In this document: piece after piece, positions 31,019-41,311 of the stretch
How the letters are laid out: each line of letters opens with the position of its first letter
How positions within the stretch are numbered: position 1 is the first letter of the stretch
NCBI GenBank assembly: GCA_029253705.1
Contig: JAQWYY010000278.1
Location: forward strand, 1 to 51,068
Source: Luminiphilus sp.
Lineage (GTDB): Bacteria; Pseudomonadota; Gammaproteobacteria; Pseudomonadales; Halieaceae
Direction of reading: 5' to 3'
Length of the DNA: 51,068 nt
Program-made: the position numbers and the translations under genes
Notes under the pieces: model-generated
The model's input: only the letters and a program-made list of their open reading frames with translations
What the model was told of the DNA's origin: nothing
The model's database searches: none

Positions 31019-31516
31019 ATGTACCGCATTTGCGCGCTTTGCCTATTTTTAGCCGCCTGCCAAAATTATGACGTCACTTTAAATGATCGTCAGGTCTACG
31101 GCCCCACTCGACTATTCACAGATTTTGAGGTGACAGATGAGGCATTACAGCGGTGTATTGAGCAGCGTATTGCCGACGAAAACATCTCAGATCCCCTCAA
31201 GTTAACGGCGCTTAACTGTAGCAACGCCGGCATTGCATCGTTGAATGGGCTCGGTCAGTTTGCGGGCCTTACCCAACTTAAATTTTCTGACAACCGCATA
31301 CGTAACCTTGTGGAGTTGGGGCAACTTTCCGCAATTGAGTCACTGTGGCTCGATAACAATGTCGTGGTCGATCCCGTACCCTTAGCTCAACTCAGAAAGC
31401 TTCAAAAACTGGATTTGACAAACAATCCGACGCTGCAATGCCCCAAGGCCGGTTTGCTTGATTATATCGCCAGTTTGACAGTACCCGAACACTGCCATAA
31501 GGCTTCTGAAGAATAA
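31019..31516 (+). CDS. Leucine-rich-repeat lipoprotein (internalin-like LRRs)
   Basis: Lipobox LAAC; LRR units LTALNCSNAGI, LTQLKFSDNRI, IESLWLDNNVV and LQKLDLTNN; AGGAG upstream. Confidence 0.82.
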   Translation: MYRICALCLFLAACQNYDVTLNDRQVYGPTRLFTDFEVTDEALQRCIEQRIADENISDPLKLTALNCSNAGIASLNGLGQFAGLTQLKFSDNRIRNLVELGQLSAIESLWLDNNVVVDPVPLAQLRKLQKLDLTNNPTLQCPKAGLLDYIASLTVPEHCHKASEE

Positions 31517-31517
31517 G

Positions 31518-32432
31518 ATGGTCAAATTAGCTTACCAGACATTAGCTCGGCTCCCCCTGAAGTGGCTTTATGCTGCGTCCTCCGGTGGCGCATGGTTACT
31601 GCAGCATGTATTCCGCTATCGCAGAAAAGTCGTGGAGGAAAATCTCGCTCAGGCATTCCCCGAGTGGTCCACCGTGAAAATCGAGGCGACCCAACAAAGG
31701 TTCTACCAAAATTTATGTGACACCGCAGTGGAAATTATTGCCGGATCGCGGCAGCCACTTTCTTTCTTTGAGCAGCGTCTGGAGGTTGTAAATCCCGAAT
31801 TACTCCACAACTTAAGCCAACAGGGGCAGCAATCGGTCTTGGTGATGCTAGCTCACCAGGGGAATTGGGAATGGATGCTACACCGGGCAGCCGCCCTCTA
31901 TAAAATGCCTATGGCATTTGTTTACAAGCGACTTCATAGCGAGGCTGCTGATGAGTTCAGCCTGCAAGCACGAAGGCGCTTTGGCGCGACCGCAATTGAA
32001 ATGCGGGACACCGCGCGAAATATTATTCGGCATCGCCGGACACCACGGTTGATCTACATGCTTGCTGATCAATCACCGGGGTTGAGGGAGCGAGTCCACA
32101 CAACCACCTTTCTCAATCGAGAAACCGCTTTTTTTTCTGGAGCAGCGTCGCTGTCTAGAGCAACAGGTTTCCCCATCGCTTTCGCCAAATGCCAGCGCAA
32201 GCGGCGGGGTTATTTTGAGATTGAAATCGTGGAAATTACTCGCGATCCTGCCTCTGTAGAAGAGTCGTGGATTATCGAGCGTTATGCCGAACTGACCGAA
32301 GAGGCTATACGCAGCCATCCTGAAGATTGGTTATGGAGTAACCGCCGCTGGAAACATCAGGCACTTGCTGCTTCTGCGAGTGAAAAATCTGCTTCGCCTG
32401 CTACCGATAACCAACCAAACCCGGAGTCCTGA
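31518..32432 (+). CDS. Lipid A biosynthesis acyltransferase (LpxL/HtrB family)
   Basis: HQGNWEW (HX4E), LADQSP, EEAIRSHPEDWLWSNRRWK. Confidence 0.88.
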   Translation: MVKLAYQTLARLPLKWLYAASSGGAWLLQHVFRYRRKVVEENLAQAFPEWSTVKIEATQQRFYQNLCDTAVEIIAGSRQPLSFFEQRLEVVNPELLHNLSQQGQQSVLVMLAHQGNWEWMLHRAAALYKMPMAFVYKRLHSEAADEFSLQARRRFGATAIEMRDTARNIIRHRRTPRLIYMLADQSPGLRERVHTTTFLNRETAFFSGAASLSRATGFPIAFAKCQRKRRGYFEIEIVEITRDPASVEESWIIERYAELTEEAIRSHPEDWLWSNRRWKHQALAASASEKSASPATDNQPNPES

Positions 32433-33157
32433 CAAGCTATATGCACCGCAGCTTGATGATAATCAGCCGCGATAGCGAGAGCTGCCAGGGCGTGCTCTTT
32501 GCTGTTATTTTTGAGGCTCAAATGTCCAGCCACCAACACTTTCAACCGGTGATTGTCTAGTTTTTGCAACAACTCTAGAGCCTGATTATTGTTTAAATGC
32601 CCGAAGTCTCCGGCAACCCGGCGCTTCAACGAAGCGGGATACGAACCCTGCATCAGCAATCCGAGGTCGTGATTAAACTCCAGTAGCAGTGCATCACACC
32701 CGGAGAAAGCGTCGACAAGATGCGGTGTAATGCTACCCAAGTCAGTCAAAAGCCCCAGCGTGCCACCCGAGGCCTCGAATCTAAATTGCACCGGCTCACG
32801 CGCATCGTGAGGCACAGGAATCGCTCGAACATGAACCGAGCCTATCGTAAAATCGTCGCCCGCATTGAGCAAAACCTGCTGAAAAACCCCTGATAACCGG
32901 CCACTGCCAGCCGTGCCATGGGTTAAATAAACGGGAATTTTGTAGTGTCGGGAAACACTCGCTACTCCCCCACTGTGATCTCCATGTTCATGGGTCACAA
33001 TAATTGCATCAATGTCCTCGGGAGCAACATTTAGATGCTGTAGCCGGCGTTCGGTCTCCCTGCGAGGAAAACCGCAATCTACCAAAATCAGCGTATCTTT
33101 GGTTTTTACCAGGGTCGCGTTACCCTGGCTACCACTCCCCAGGGAGGCAAATCGCAT
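32357..33157 (-). CDS. MBL-fold metallo-hydrolase (YycJ/WalJ-like)
   Basis: MRFASLGSGSQGNA, THEHGDH, VPHDAREP, GHLNN, HLS; usual neighbour of bamC. Confidence 0.9.
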   Translation of the reverse strand: MRFASLGSGSQGNATLVKTKDTLILVDCGFPRRETERRLQHLNVAPEDIDAIIVTHEHGDHSGGVASVSRHYKIPVYLTHGTAGSGRLSGVFQQVLLNAGDDFTIGSVHVRAIPVPHDAREPVQFRFEASGGTLGLLTDLGSITPHLVDAFSGCDALLLEFNHDLGLLMQGSYPASLKRRVAGDFGHLNNNQALELLQKLDNHRLKVLVAGHLSLKNNSKEHALAALAIAADYHQAAVHIACQDSGFGWLSVAGEADFSLAEAASA

Positions 33158-34191
33158 CAGTTAATAGTGCCTTTGATCAGTGTAAGTAAGGCTTGCTGAT
33201 CTCTGCGTTCAACCGGACCACCGTCCTCACCCATTAATGAAATCACCATTCGTGACTCCTCAACGGACGCAACCTTTAACAGGAATTTTTGATTGGCGAG
33301 GGGGTGGGCGTCTTCTCCGCCCCACATCCAGTCAAACCAACCGCCCTCATCTTCCTCTTGAGGACCAATAAAGGTCAGGTAAAACACCCCCTCGGTGCGG
33401 TCTTTATCGTCAATGGCAAATCCTGCCTCGGGCAAAGCTTTGTTCATAGAAGCCCAGGCGCGATTGAAGGGCAACCGCAAGATCAAACGCGTCGCAGTTT
33501 CGCTGTCTTCCATGGTGACGCGCCCCTCGTCACCCATTGCTCTATCCGCCATCATGGAAACAGGGGCTGCCTCTGCACTGTTGGCAATGAATTGTGCGAT
33601 GTTACGCAGCATATCTGCCTCAAGCTCAAGATCATCAGATACCGCTGGCCAAGAGATATCGGTGCCCGACTGGTTTTGTTGCAGCACGTGTAGCTCGGAC
33701 GTATTTCGCTGTACCCCTGTGTCTACTCTGAAACGAAATCGCGTGGGTAATTCCCTGTCTTGCAAGGTGACAAATTGTGTATCGATGAGTCCAGATTCGG
33801 CATCAGAGGCTGCCACAGCGATGCCCGAGGTCGTTAGAAAACCACGCACTTGTGGCCAAAGCTGTCCCGGTGCCACCGCAACAAGAGCCCAACTCTCATC
33901 AGCCAAGCGCTGAATACGCACAGTTTCATATTGGTTGGAGCCGGTGAGCGGAGTAGGCCTGGGCACTTCAAACTCGCTCTCTAATAAGAAGCTCTGTTTG
34001 ACATCAGGAATGGGATAGGTGGGATCAAGTGCCTCTTTTGAAGCTGTCGGGGGTACTGTTATAACCGCCAACTCAGGCGCATCCTGATATCGATCAGTAT
34101 TGTCAGGAAACAAACCATCTTCGCCATAAATCCAGCTGCAGCCCGGTAGCAGCAAAGCAGATAGTGCAAGTACAAAGCCATACTTTCCCAT
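33157..34191 (-). CDS. bamC: Outer membrane protein assembly lipoprotein BamC (NlpB/DapX)
   Basis: Lipobox LPGC, VPRP, LWPQVRGF, FNRAW..., and position directly after dapA. Confidence 0.85.
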   Translation of the reverse strand: MGKYGFVLALSALLLPGCSWIYGEDGLFPDNTDRYQDAPELAVITVPPTASKEALDPTYPIPDVKQSFLLESEFEVPRPTPLTGSNQYETVRIQRLADESWALVAVAPGQLWPQVRGFLTTSGIAVAASDAESGLIDTQFVTLQDRELPTRFRFRVDTGVQRNTSELHVLQQNQSGTDISWPAVSDDLELEADMLRNIAQFIANSAEAAPVSMMADRAMGDEGRVTMEDSETATRLILRLPFNRAWASMNKALPEAGFAIDDKDRTEGVFYLTFIGPQEEDEGGWFDWMWGGEDAHPLANQKFLLKVASVEESRMVISLMGEDGGPVERRDQQALLTLIKGTIN

Positions 34192-34193
34192 CG

Positions 34194-35066
34194 TTATAGT
34201 CCCGCCTGCCGAAGAGCCTTTAACACTAAGTCTTGATGCCTCGATGACATTGCCACCAACGGCAGCCTAATACCTTCTTCTATCATTCCTAACTCTAACA
34301 TGGCCCATTTCACAGGAATGGGGTTTGGTTCAATAAAAAGCGCCTCGTTCAAGGCGCTGAGCTCTGCGTTAATTCTCCGCGCCCCCTCAATGTCACCAGC
34401 TATCGCTAGGCGACAAACTTCAGCCACTTTGTTAGCGGCGATATTCGCGGTAACGGAAACGTTGCCACGCCCTCCCACACTCATCAAATCGAACGCCGTT
34501 GCGTCATCACCAGAATAAACCGCAAAGGTATCAGGTAGTTTGTCGATTAGCGCTCCCCCCCGCTCAACATCGCCAGTAGCATCTTTAAGCCCAGCAATAT
34601 TGCCCACCTCGCTGAGCCTTAGGACGGTCTCATTACTGAGATCGACACCGGTTCTTGATGGCACGTTATAGAGGATGATAGGAATATTGACTGCAGCAGC
34701 AACCTGACAAAAGTGGCGGTAAAGCCCCTCTTGAGGCGGTTTGTTGTAGTAGGGAGTCACTAACAGAGAATATTCGGCGCCAGCTGCAGCAGCAGCCACG
34801 GTTAATTCAATCGCCTCATGAGTAGAGTTAGAACCTGTCCCTGCGACCACAGGAATTCTGCCTGCCGCTTGCTCTACCGCAAACCGAATGACGTCAATAT
34901 GTTCACTCATGGTAAGGGTTGCGCTCTCACCCGTAGTGCCCGCGATACCGAGGGCCGCAGTACCAGACTGAATGTGATACTCAATGAGCGTTGCCAAGCC
35001 TTTTTTATCGATGGCACCATCAGGCATCATAGGTGTTACCAGCGCAACGATACTTCCGGTTATCAT
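34194..35066 (-). CDS. dapA: 4-hydroxy-tetrahydrodipicolinate synthase
   Basis: GSIVALVTP, GTTGES, TPYYNKP, YNVPSRT, GLKDATG, NPIPVK. Confidence 0.97.
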   Translation of the reverse strand: MITGSIVALVTPMMPDGAIDKKGLATLIEYHIQSGTAALGIAGTTGESATLTMSEHIDVIRFAVEQAAGRIPVVAGTGSNSTHEAIELTVAAAAAGAEYSLLVTPYYNKPPQEGLYRHFCQVAAAVNIPIILYNVPSRTGVDLSNETVLRLSEVGNIAGLKDATGDVERGGALIDKLPDTFAVYSGDDATAFDLMSVGGRGNVSVTANIAANKVAEVCRLAIAGDIEGARRINAELSALNEALFIEPNPIPVKWAMLELGMIEEGIRLPLVAMSSRHQDLVLKALRQAGL

Positions 35067-35153
35067 AGAGCTTCATCCAAGGGCGTTGTCGGGGATTGTA
35101 CTTTGGTCATGGTCGCGCAATTATCCATTTCGAGGGGTTTGATACAACTTAAA

Positions 35154-35678
35154 GTGAGACAAATTATTCTTCATCTTTTGTTATTGCTTCTATCGCTCAC
35201 CGTTGGGGCCCAAAGTTGGGCCCAAAATACCATTGTATCCCCCAACAGTTTGGATCGGCGCATTGAGCCCTTAAGCCCCATTGACCAGCAATTCATGGCC
35301 GCTCAACGATCTGATGTTGAAACCCTGGCAAACCAACTGGGACAGCAACTAACCGGTATTCCCGAACGAGATCTTGCCACACTTCAACGTATTCTTGAGT
35401 TGGGGCTGATCGCCCCCGATGACAAATTGCTGCTTCAAGCCCTTGGCGTGGTACTCGGAGATCTATTTGCATCAGAGCTTAACATGAATTGGGTGGTTTA
35501 CCGTGACCGAGCAGGGCGCACAAGAGCGCTGCAGTATAGTGGCAGTGAAGTATTTCTCTTCCCTGTTACTATGATCTCGCGACGCTGGGAGGTGGGTCAC
35601 CAACGCGCTGTTGCTGATATTTTCGATGCAAATGTAGCCGCCACTCGCGCAAAATTGCCGGGAGCCAATTGGCGCTAA
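35154..35678 (+). CDS. DUF3806 domain protein, probably exported
   Basis: Signal-peptide-like VRQIILHLLLLLLSLTVGAQSWA, then LQALGVVLGD...WVVYRD...LFPVTMISRR. The track start 34818 lies inside dapA and is rejected; the exact start is uncertain. Confidence 0.72.
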   Translation: MRQIILHLLLLLLSLTVGAQSWAQNTIVSPNSLDRRIEPLSPIDQQFMAAQRSDVETLANQLGQQLTGIPERDLATLQRILELGLIAPDDKLLLQALGVVLGDLFASELNMNWVVYRDRAGRTRALQYSGSEVFLFPVTMISRRWEVGHQRAVADIFDANVAATRAKLPGANWR

Positions 35679-35811
35679 ACTAATGTGTAAATTACCTAAG
35701 CGCATTTAACTCACGGGGGTATCACCTGTACGACACGGCATGTGCTAGAGCCGATAACACTCGGTGAGCCCAAGCCGCCCCTAAAATCTGCGACATAAAT
35801 GCAGGTCTTGG

Positions 35812-36522
35812 CTACTGACGATCTGGCCAGGAAAAATCCCGTTGGTAGCTGAACACCCCTTGATGCATTGTCGTACGGTGACAGGTTTCCGATTGATTCA
35901 CGTCAGCGGCGTCATAGCCTGAATCCCCCGGATACAGGAACACGTGATCATCCCCATGTTCGACTATTCTGGGGAAAAAATAAGGCGGCTGACGACGCCG
36001 AACAGCCTGCACGAGTTCAGCTAAACTGTGGTACTCGGCTATGTCGGTGAGTGATACCAAGGTCGGGGGCGGCACCTTTAACGCCCCAGCCCCTTGTTCT
36101 GCTATCGCGACATCGGGCTTTACCCAACGATACTCAACGATTTCGCTACCATCGACGACGACTGAGGCGTTGCCGCTTTGTGGCGCCAGAAAAAAATAGG
36201 TATCAAATCGGTGTTTGACCACTTCAGGAGTTAACCACCGTGAAAAATGCAGTATGGGTTCTGGTCCAACTTCCAGCCCTGTCTCCTCATGTAATTCGCG
36301 GATGGCTGCGCTATTTGCTTGCGAAAGCGCATCTCCACCCGCATCGCCTGCGTCGACCTTACCACCCGGGAACACCCAAGCACCTGCCATCACTTTGAGT
36401 GAAGGGTTGCGTCGCAACAGCAACACCTCTAGCCCGTCTACTCCATCTCGAGTCACAATAAGTGTCGCCGCAGCTCGAGCAGATGTTGCCGTATTTTTCA
36501 AATCGACTTTCTCAAACATCAA
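35812..36522 (-). CDS. Nudix hydrolase (NUDT19/acyl-CoA diphosphatase-like subfamily)
   Basis: AATLIV..EVLLLRR..AWVFPGGKVD, AAIRELHEETGL, RWLTP..RFDTYFF, PPT. Confidence 0.85.
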   Translation of the reverse strand: MMFEKVDLKNTATSARAAATLIVTRDGVDGLEVLLLRRNPSLKVMAGAWVFPGGKVDAGDAGGDALSQANSAAIRELHEETGLEVGPEPILHFSRWLTPEVVKHRFDTYFFLAPQSGNASVVVDGSEIVEYRWVKPDVAIAEQGAGALKVPPPTLVSLTDIAEYHSLAELVQAVRRRQPPYFFPRIVEHGDDHVFLYPGDSGYDAADVNQSETCHRTTMHQGVFSYQRDFSWPDRQ

Positions 36523-38353
36523 AATTCACCGCACTCAAGGCAGCGTAAATACATACCTGCAGGATCCTGCAGGCTATCAGACAAGCGGATAAAAGGCGCT
36601 AATTGCTGCGATAGACGATCAAGTACTGAGCCTCCCGGCAAACTTGCCTGCCCTAGTTCCTTGCCCACCTGTTCAAAAAAACGCTGTTCAGCGCTTATCG
36701 GTGTGCCAATGTAAAGCGTATCGAAGCTTTGAATCTTGGCGAGACTTGCTGCTGCATCGAGAGCGGCCTGTAGCCCACCCAAACTATCGACAAGCCCCAC
36801 CGCGAGGGCATCTTCCCCACTCCAAACTCGGCCACCCGCCACGCCATTAATTTCATCCCAAGTCTTGCCACGCCCCGCAGCGACCAGAGTCACAAAGTCA
36901 TTATAAACATTGCTGATCATGCTATTAATGATACGACGTCCGGTGTCACTGACTCCTGTATCAAGCCTAGCGGCTGTCGCGAGGCTAGACGTGCTCACTC
37001 CGTCGGGGGTAACTCCGGCCCATTCATAGAGCTTTTCTACCGTGGGGAACGCAGCAAATACACCAATACTTCCCGTGATCGTGCTGGCATGCGCCCAAAT
37101 TTCGTCAGCATCGGCCGCAATATAGTAACCCCCTGAGGCGGCCACCGAGCCCATTGAAGCAACAACCGGAATATCAAGGGTCTGTATCTCTAGGATTTTC
37201 TGACGGATAACTTCTGATGCAAACACACTGCCACCGGGAGAGTTAATGCGCAAAACAACAGCCCTCAAGCCCGTTTGCTCCAGTGCGCGCTCTAGTTGCG
37301 CTACTACAGTATCGGAGCCTGCAAATCCGCGGCCGCTCTCTCCGGGAATCAGTTCGCCCTCAATGGGTACGACGGCAATACGCGGCTTCGTTTCTGCGGC
37401 GTCATTTTCAGACTCCCAAGCGGCCAGATAATCATTGACCGATACTGAAACCCAAAGACCTTCATCGTCTGTTGCCCCCACCCAATCGGCCAACATTTCA
37501 TCTCTTCGCCGGTGCGTCACTAGCTCATCGACAAATCCGGCTTCCAACATCAACGCAGCGGCATCGCCCCCTGATATCTCGAGTCGATCCGGAAATTCAT
37601 TGATGAACTGATCAACAAATCCAGACTCCATTTGTCTTGGAGCTTCTACTAGCCCGGTATAGGAGCCCCAAACATCACCTAACCACTGACTAACGACCCC
37701 CCGCTCGAGGCTAGACATATCGTCGCGAAGATAAGGTTCAACGGCTGACTTACTCTCGCCGACGCGAAACACGTTCATTGTCAGGTAAACATTATCGAGC
37801 AGTTCGCGAACATAATTTCGATACACAGCAAACCCTGAGACATCGATACCTCCCTCAGGGTGCAAAAGAATGTGGTCAGCCTGAGACGCCAGTAAATATT
37901 GAGACTGAGAGAAGTAATCACCCACAGCTATAACCGGTTTCCCCGAGGACTGAAAAGCTTCAACAGCCGACTTCAACTCTTGAACATGACTGATTGAAGG
38001 ACCATTTAATGCTTTAAGGTCTAGAACTAAGGCGGTGATACGCTCATCTTCGGCAGCTTTTTTTATCGCTTTTTTGACGCGAAAAACCAGCACCTCCCCA
38101 GCGCTGTCTTGCATTAATGCTTCGATAGGTTCCAAAGGCGTTGGGTTTTCGACCAACGCGCCGGTGGGGTTGATCAACAAGGCGGCACGCTCTGGAATTG
38201 GATCAGGCGCCACCTGATTGAAGGCCAGCGCAACAATCACGACTAGGTATAAGGTCACAGCCAAAGGAACGAGCGTCATTACGGCTTTGTTGAAAAAAGA
38301 CAGTCCGCGCCAAAGTCCTTTAAAAAAACCGCGAATTACACGCCAAATCACCA

Positions 38354-38354
<1 letters not shown>
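36519..38354 (-). CDS. sppA: Signal peptide peptidase SppA (protease IV, 67K type)
   Basis: YLLASQAD, KSAVEPYLRDDMS, LRINSPGGS, SMGSVAASGGY, TITGSIGV, GRVWSG. Confidence 0.95.
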
Positions 38355-39390
<1,036 letters not shown>

Positions 39391-39448
39391 TTACACGGGA
39401 CCGTTACCTCGGTTAGATCAACTGACAATCACCGACTGAGCGCACATT

Positions 39449-40705
39449 ATGACAGAGCCCTCGCCATTACATAACGTCATGGAACGCTGTCGCTACTTAC
39501 TGCAGCGGTACCAGCAAGACCGCTGCTCTGAAATTGCGGCGGCGCTCGTTTATATGAGCCTCTTTGCCCTAGTGCCTCTTCTCACCCTAGTGTATTCAAT
39601 ATCAACGGCAGTCCCCACTGCCACTGATATCCAAGCACAATTACAACAGTTTTTAGTTGATAACCTGCTGCCAGAGGCCTCCCAAGACGTAGCGAACTAT
39701 CTCGCCAGCTTTTCTGAACAAGCAAAAAACCTTACCGGCGTGGGTATTGCTATTTTGGCTACTACGGCCGTGCTCATGTTGAGAAATGTCGAACTGGCGT
39801 TTAATAACATCTGGCGCAACCGTAAAAATCGGAGTGTCGTCTCCAGCCTACTCCTTTATTGGGCGGTGTTGAGTCTGGCGCCAATCCTTATCGGTTTGGG
39901 CATTGGTATCAAAGCCTATCTGTTTGCTGCTGCCCACGCTGTGGAGGGCATCGATGTATTGGGAGTGTCCTCCGCACTATTGTCAGTGCTCCCCTTTGGT
40001 TTGAGCATACTGGGCGTAACAGCCCTTTATATGGCAGTGCCTAATTGCGCTGTTCCATTTCGACACGCTATTTTCGGCGGCCTCTTCGTAGCCGTTACCT
40101 TTACCATTGCGAAAGCCCTCTTTACTACGGCCATGTCCAACTCCAGTTATGCTCTTGTTTATGGAGCGTTCGCAGCAGTGCCTATCTTTCTGCTCTGGCT
40201 ATACATTACGTGGACTATTATTCTGCTGGGAGCCATCGTAGTGCACAGCCAAGCTTCATTTCAGACAGCCGCACAGGCTAAACGGCCAATGCTGCTGAAG
40301 GCTCTCGACGTTCTTTATCTGTTATGGCGAGCACAGTTGAAAGGCCAAAGCCTAGGAGAGCTTCAAATACTCCGCAATCGGGATGTCATTGGTGATGGCC
40401 TAGATAGCGACAGCTGGCGTCATATTCGAGATTTACTCATGGCGACGAATCTCATCAACCAAACCCTTCAAGGCCACTACATACTCAGTCGTGACCTCCA
40501 TCATGTGAAGCTCATAGAGATCAAAGCACTGATTAATCATGAACTCGCGGTTCCGCCGGCGGCGGAAACTGGAAGGCCTTGGCAAGTACGCGCAGGCCAG
40601 CTGCTCAGCGAACAACGGCAGATGCAAAGTGAAATTTTGAGCATCTCACTTGAGGAGTTGTTTAACACCCATGAAGACCGCAGCGAAGTGTTTAAAGGCT
40701 CATGA
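39449..40705 (+). CDS. YihY/virulence factor BrkB family inner membrane protein (UPF0761-like, with C-terminal extension)
   Basis: AAALVYMSLFALVP, FNNIWR, YWAVLSLAP, YGAFAAVPIFLLWLY; divergent from wrbA. Confidence 0.9.
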   Translation: MTEPSPLHNVMERCRYLLQRYQQDRCSEIAAALVYMSLFALVPLLTLVYSISTAVPTATDIQAQLQQFLVDNLLPEASQDVANYLASFSEQAKNLTGVGIAILATTAVLMLRNVELAFNNIWRNRKNRSVVSSLLLYWAVLSLAPILIGLGIGIKAYLFAAAHAVEGIDVLGVSSALLSVLPFGLSILGVTALYMAVPNCAVPFRHAIFGGLFVAVTFTIAKALFTTAMSNSSYALVYGAFAAVPIFLLWLYITWTIILLGAIVVHSQASFQTAAQAKRPMLLKALDVLYLLWRAQLKGQSLGELQILRNRDVIGDGLDSDSWRHIRDLLMATNLINQTLQGHYILSRDLHHVKLIEIKALINHELAVPPAAETGRPWQVRAGQLLSEQRQMQSEILSISLEELFNTHEDRSEVFKGS

Positions 40706-41115
40706 AGCAATTATTAGTGCTGGTTTTTTTTCTGACGACAGGCTGTGATGGCGGACAAAGGCAATCTTTGCCCGCGGAGGGACAGTGGCGACTCGTTAAT
40801 TACTGGGCACTGTGGTGTACACCCTGCCGCGAAGAAATTCCCGAGCTTAACCTTGTTAATAATGCTCCAGATATTACGGTTTTCGGCGTTAACTATGACG
40901 ATCAAAAGGAGCCGGCCCTTAGTCAGCAACGCTCAGAAATGGGCATACTTTTCGCGAATTTACCTCAGGATCCAGCAGCGTCTCTGGGAATTTCTCGTCC
41001 GAATGTGCTACCGACAACACTGATCATTAACCCTGAAGGAACGTTAGTCGCCACCCTGAAGGGTCCGCAAACCGCGCAGTCACTGAATCAGCTACTGGTC
41101 GAGCTGGGGCGCTAA
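40702..41115 (+). CDS. TlpA-family thiol:disulfide reductase, lipoprotein
   Basis: VNYWALWCTPCREEIP, LPTTLIINPEG; lipobox TTGC. Confidence 0.9.
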   Translation: MKQLLVLVFFLTTGCDGGQRQSLPAEGQWRLVNYWALWCTPCREEIPELNLVNNAPDITVFGVNYDDQKEPALSQQRSEMGILFANLPQDPAASLGISRPNVLPTTLIINPEGTLVATLKGPQTAQSLNQLLVELGR

Positions 41116-41137
41116 ACCGCATACCGAACGAACGAAC

Positions 41138-41164
41138 AAAAAAAACGCCGGCGATTAGCCGGCG
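41138..41164 (-). terminator. Intrinsic terminator for a minus-strand transcript
   Basis: Minus strand CGCCGGC-UAAUC-GCCGGCG (41164-41146) followed by U8 (41145-41138). On the plus strand the hairpin is followed by A6, so it is directional. Confidence 0.88.
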
Positions 41165-41268
41165 AAAAAAGGAGCCACTCAAATCGGGGTCCCCCCTGCA
41201 CTGCAGGAAAGGGGCTAGCAGGATGTTTCCCTTGCGCCATCCCCGTGGTGACGCCATCGCTGCAGCTA
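41138..41268 (-). ncRNA. Candidate sigmaE-dependent small regulatory RNA (~130 nt)
   Basis: Bounded by a GAACTT-N17-TCTGA promoter and a U8 terminator; contains two internal hairpins and a GGCUCCUUUUUU single-stranded segment. The 5' end is estimated from the promoter position. Confidence 0.6.
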
Positions 41269-41273
41269 TTAAT

Positions 41274-41301
41274 TCAGACCACGGTTACCGCAAAAAAGTT
41301 C
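41274..41301 (-). promoter_or_regulatory. sigmaE (RpoE/AlgU)-type promoter
   Basis: GAACTT (41301-41296), 17 nt, TCTGA (41278-41274): an exact match to the GAACTT-N16/17-TCTGA consensus, with A/T-rich sequence upstream. Confidence 0.7.
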
Positions 41302-41311
41302 ACAAAAAGTT

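Noticed and set aside
34818-35153. N-terminal extension of the 286-aa track ORF
   Set aside because: Overlaps dapA on the opposite strand; the signal-peptide-like sequence begins near 35154.
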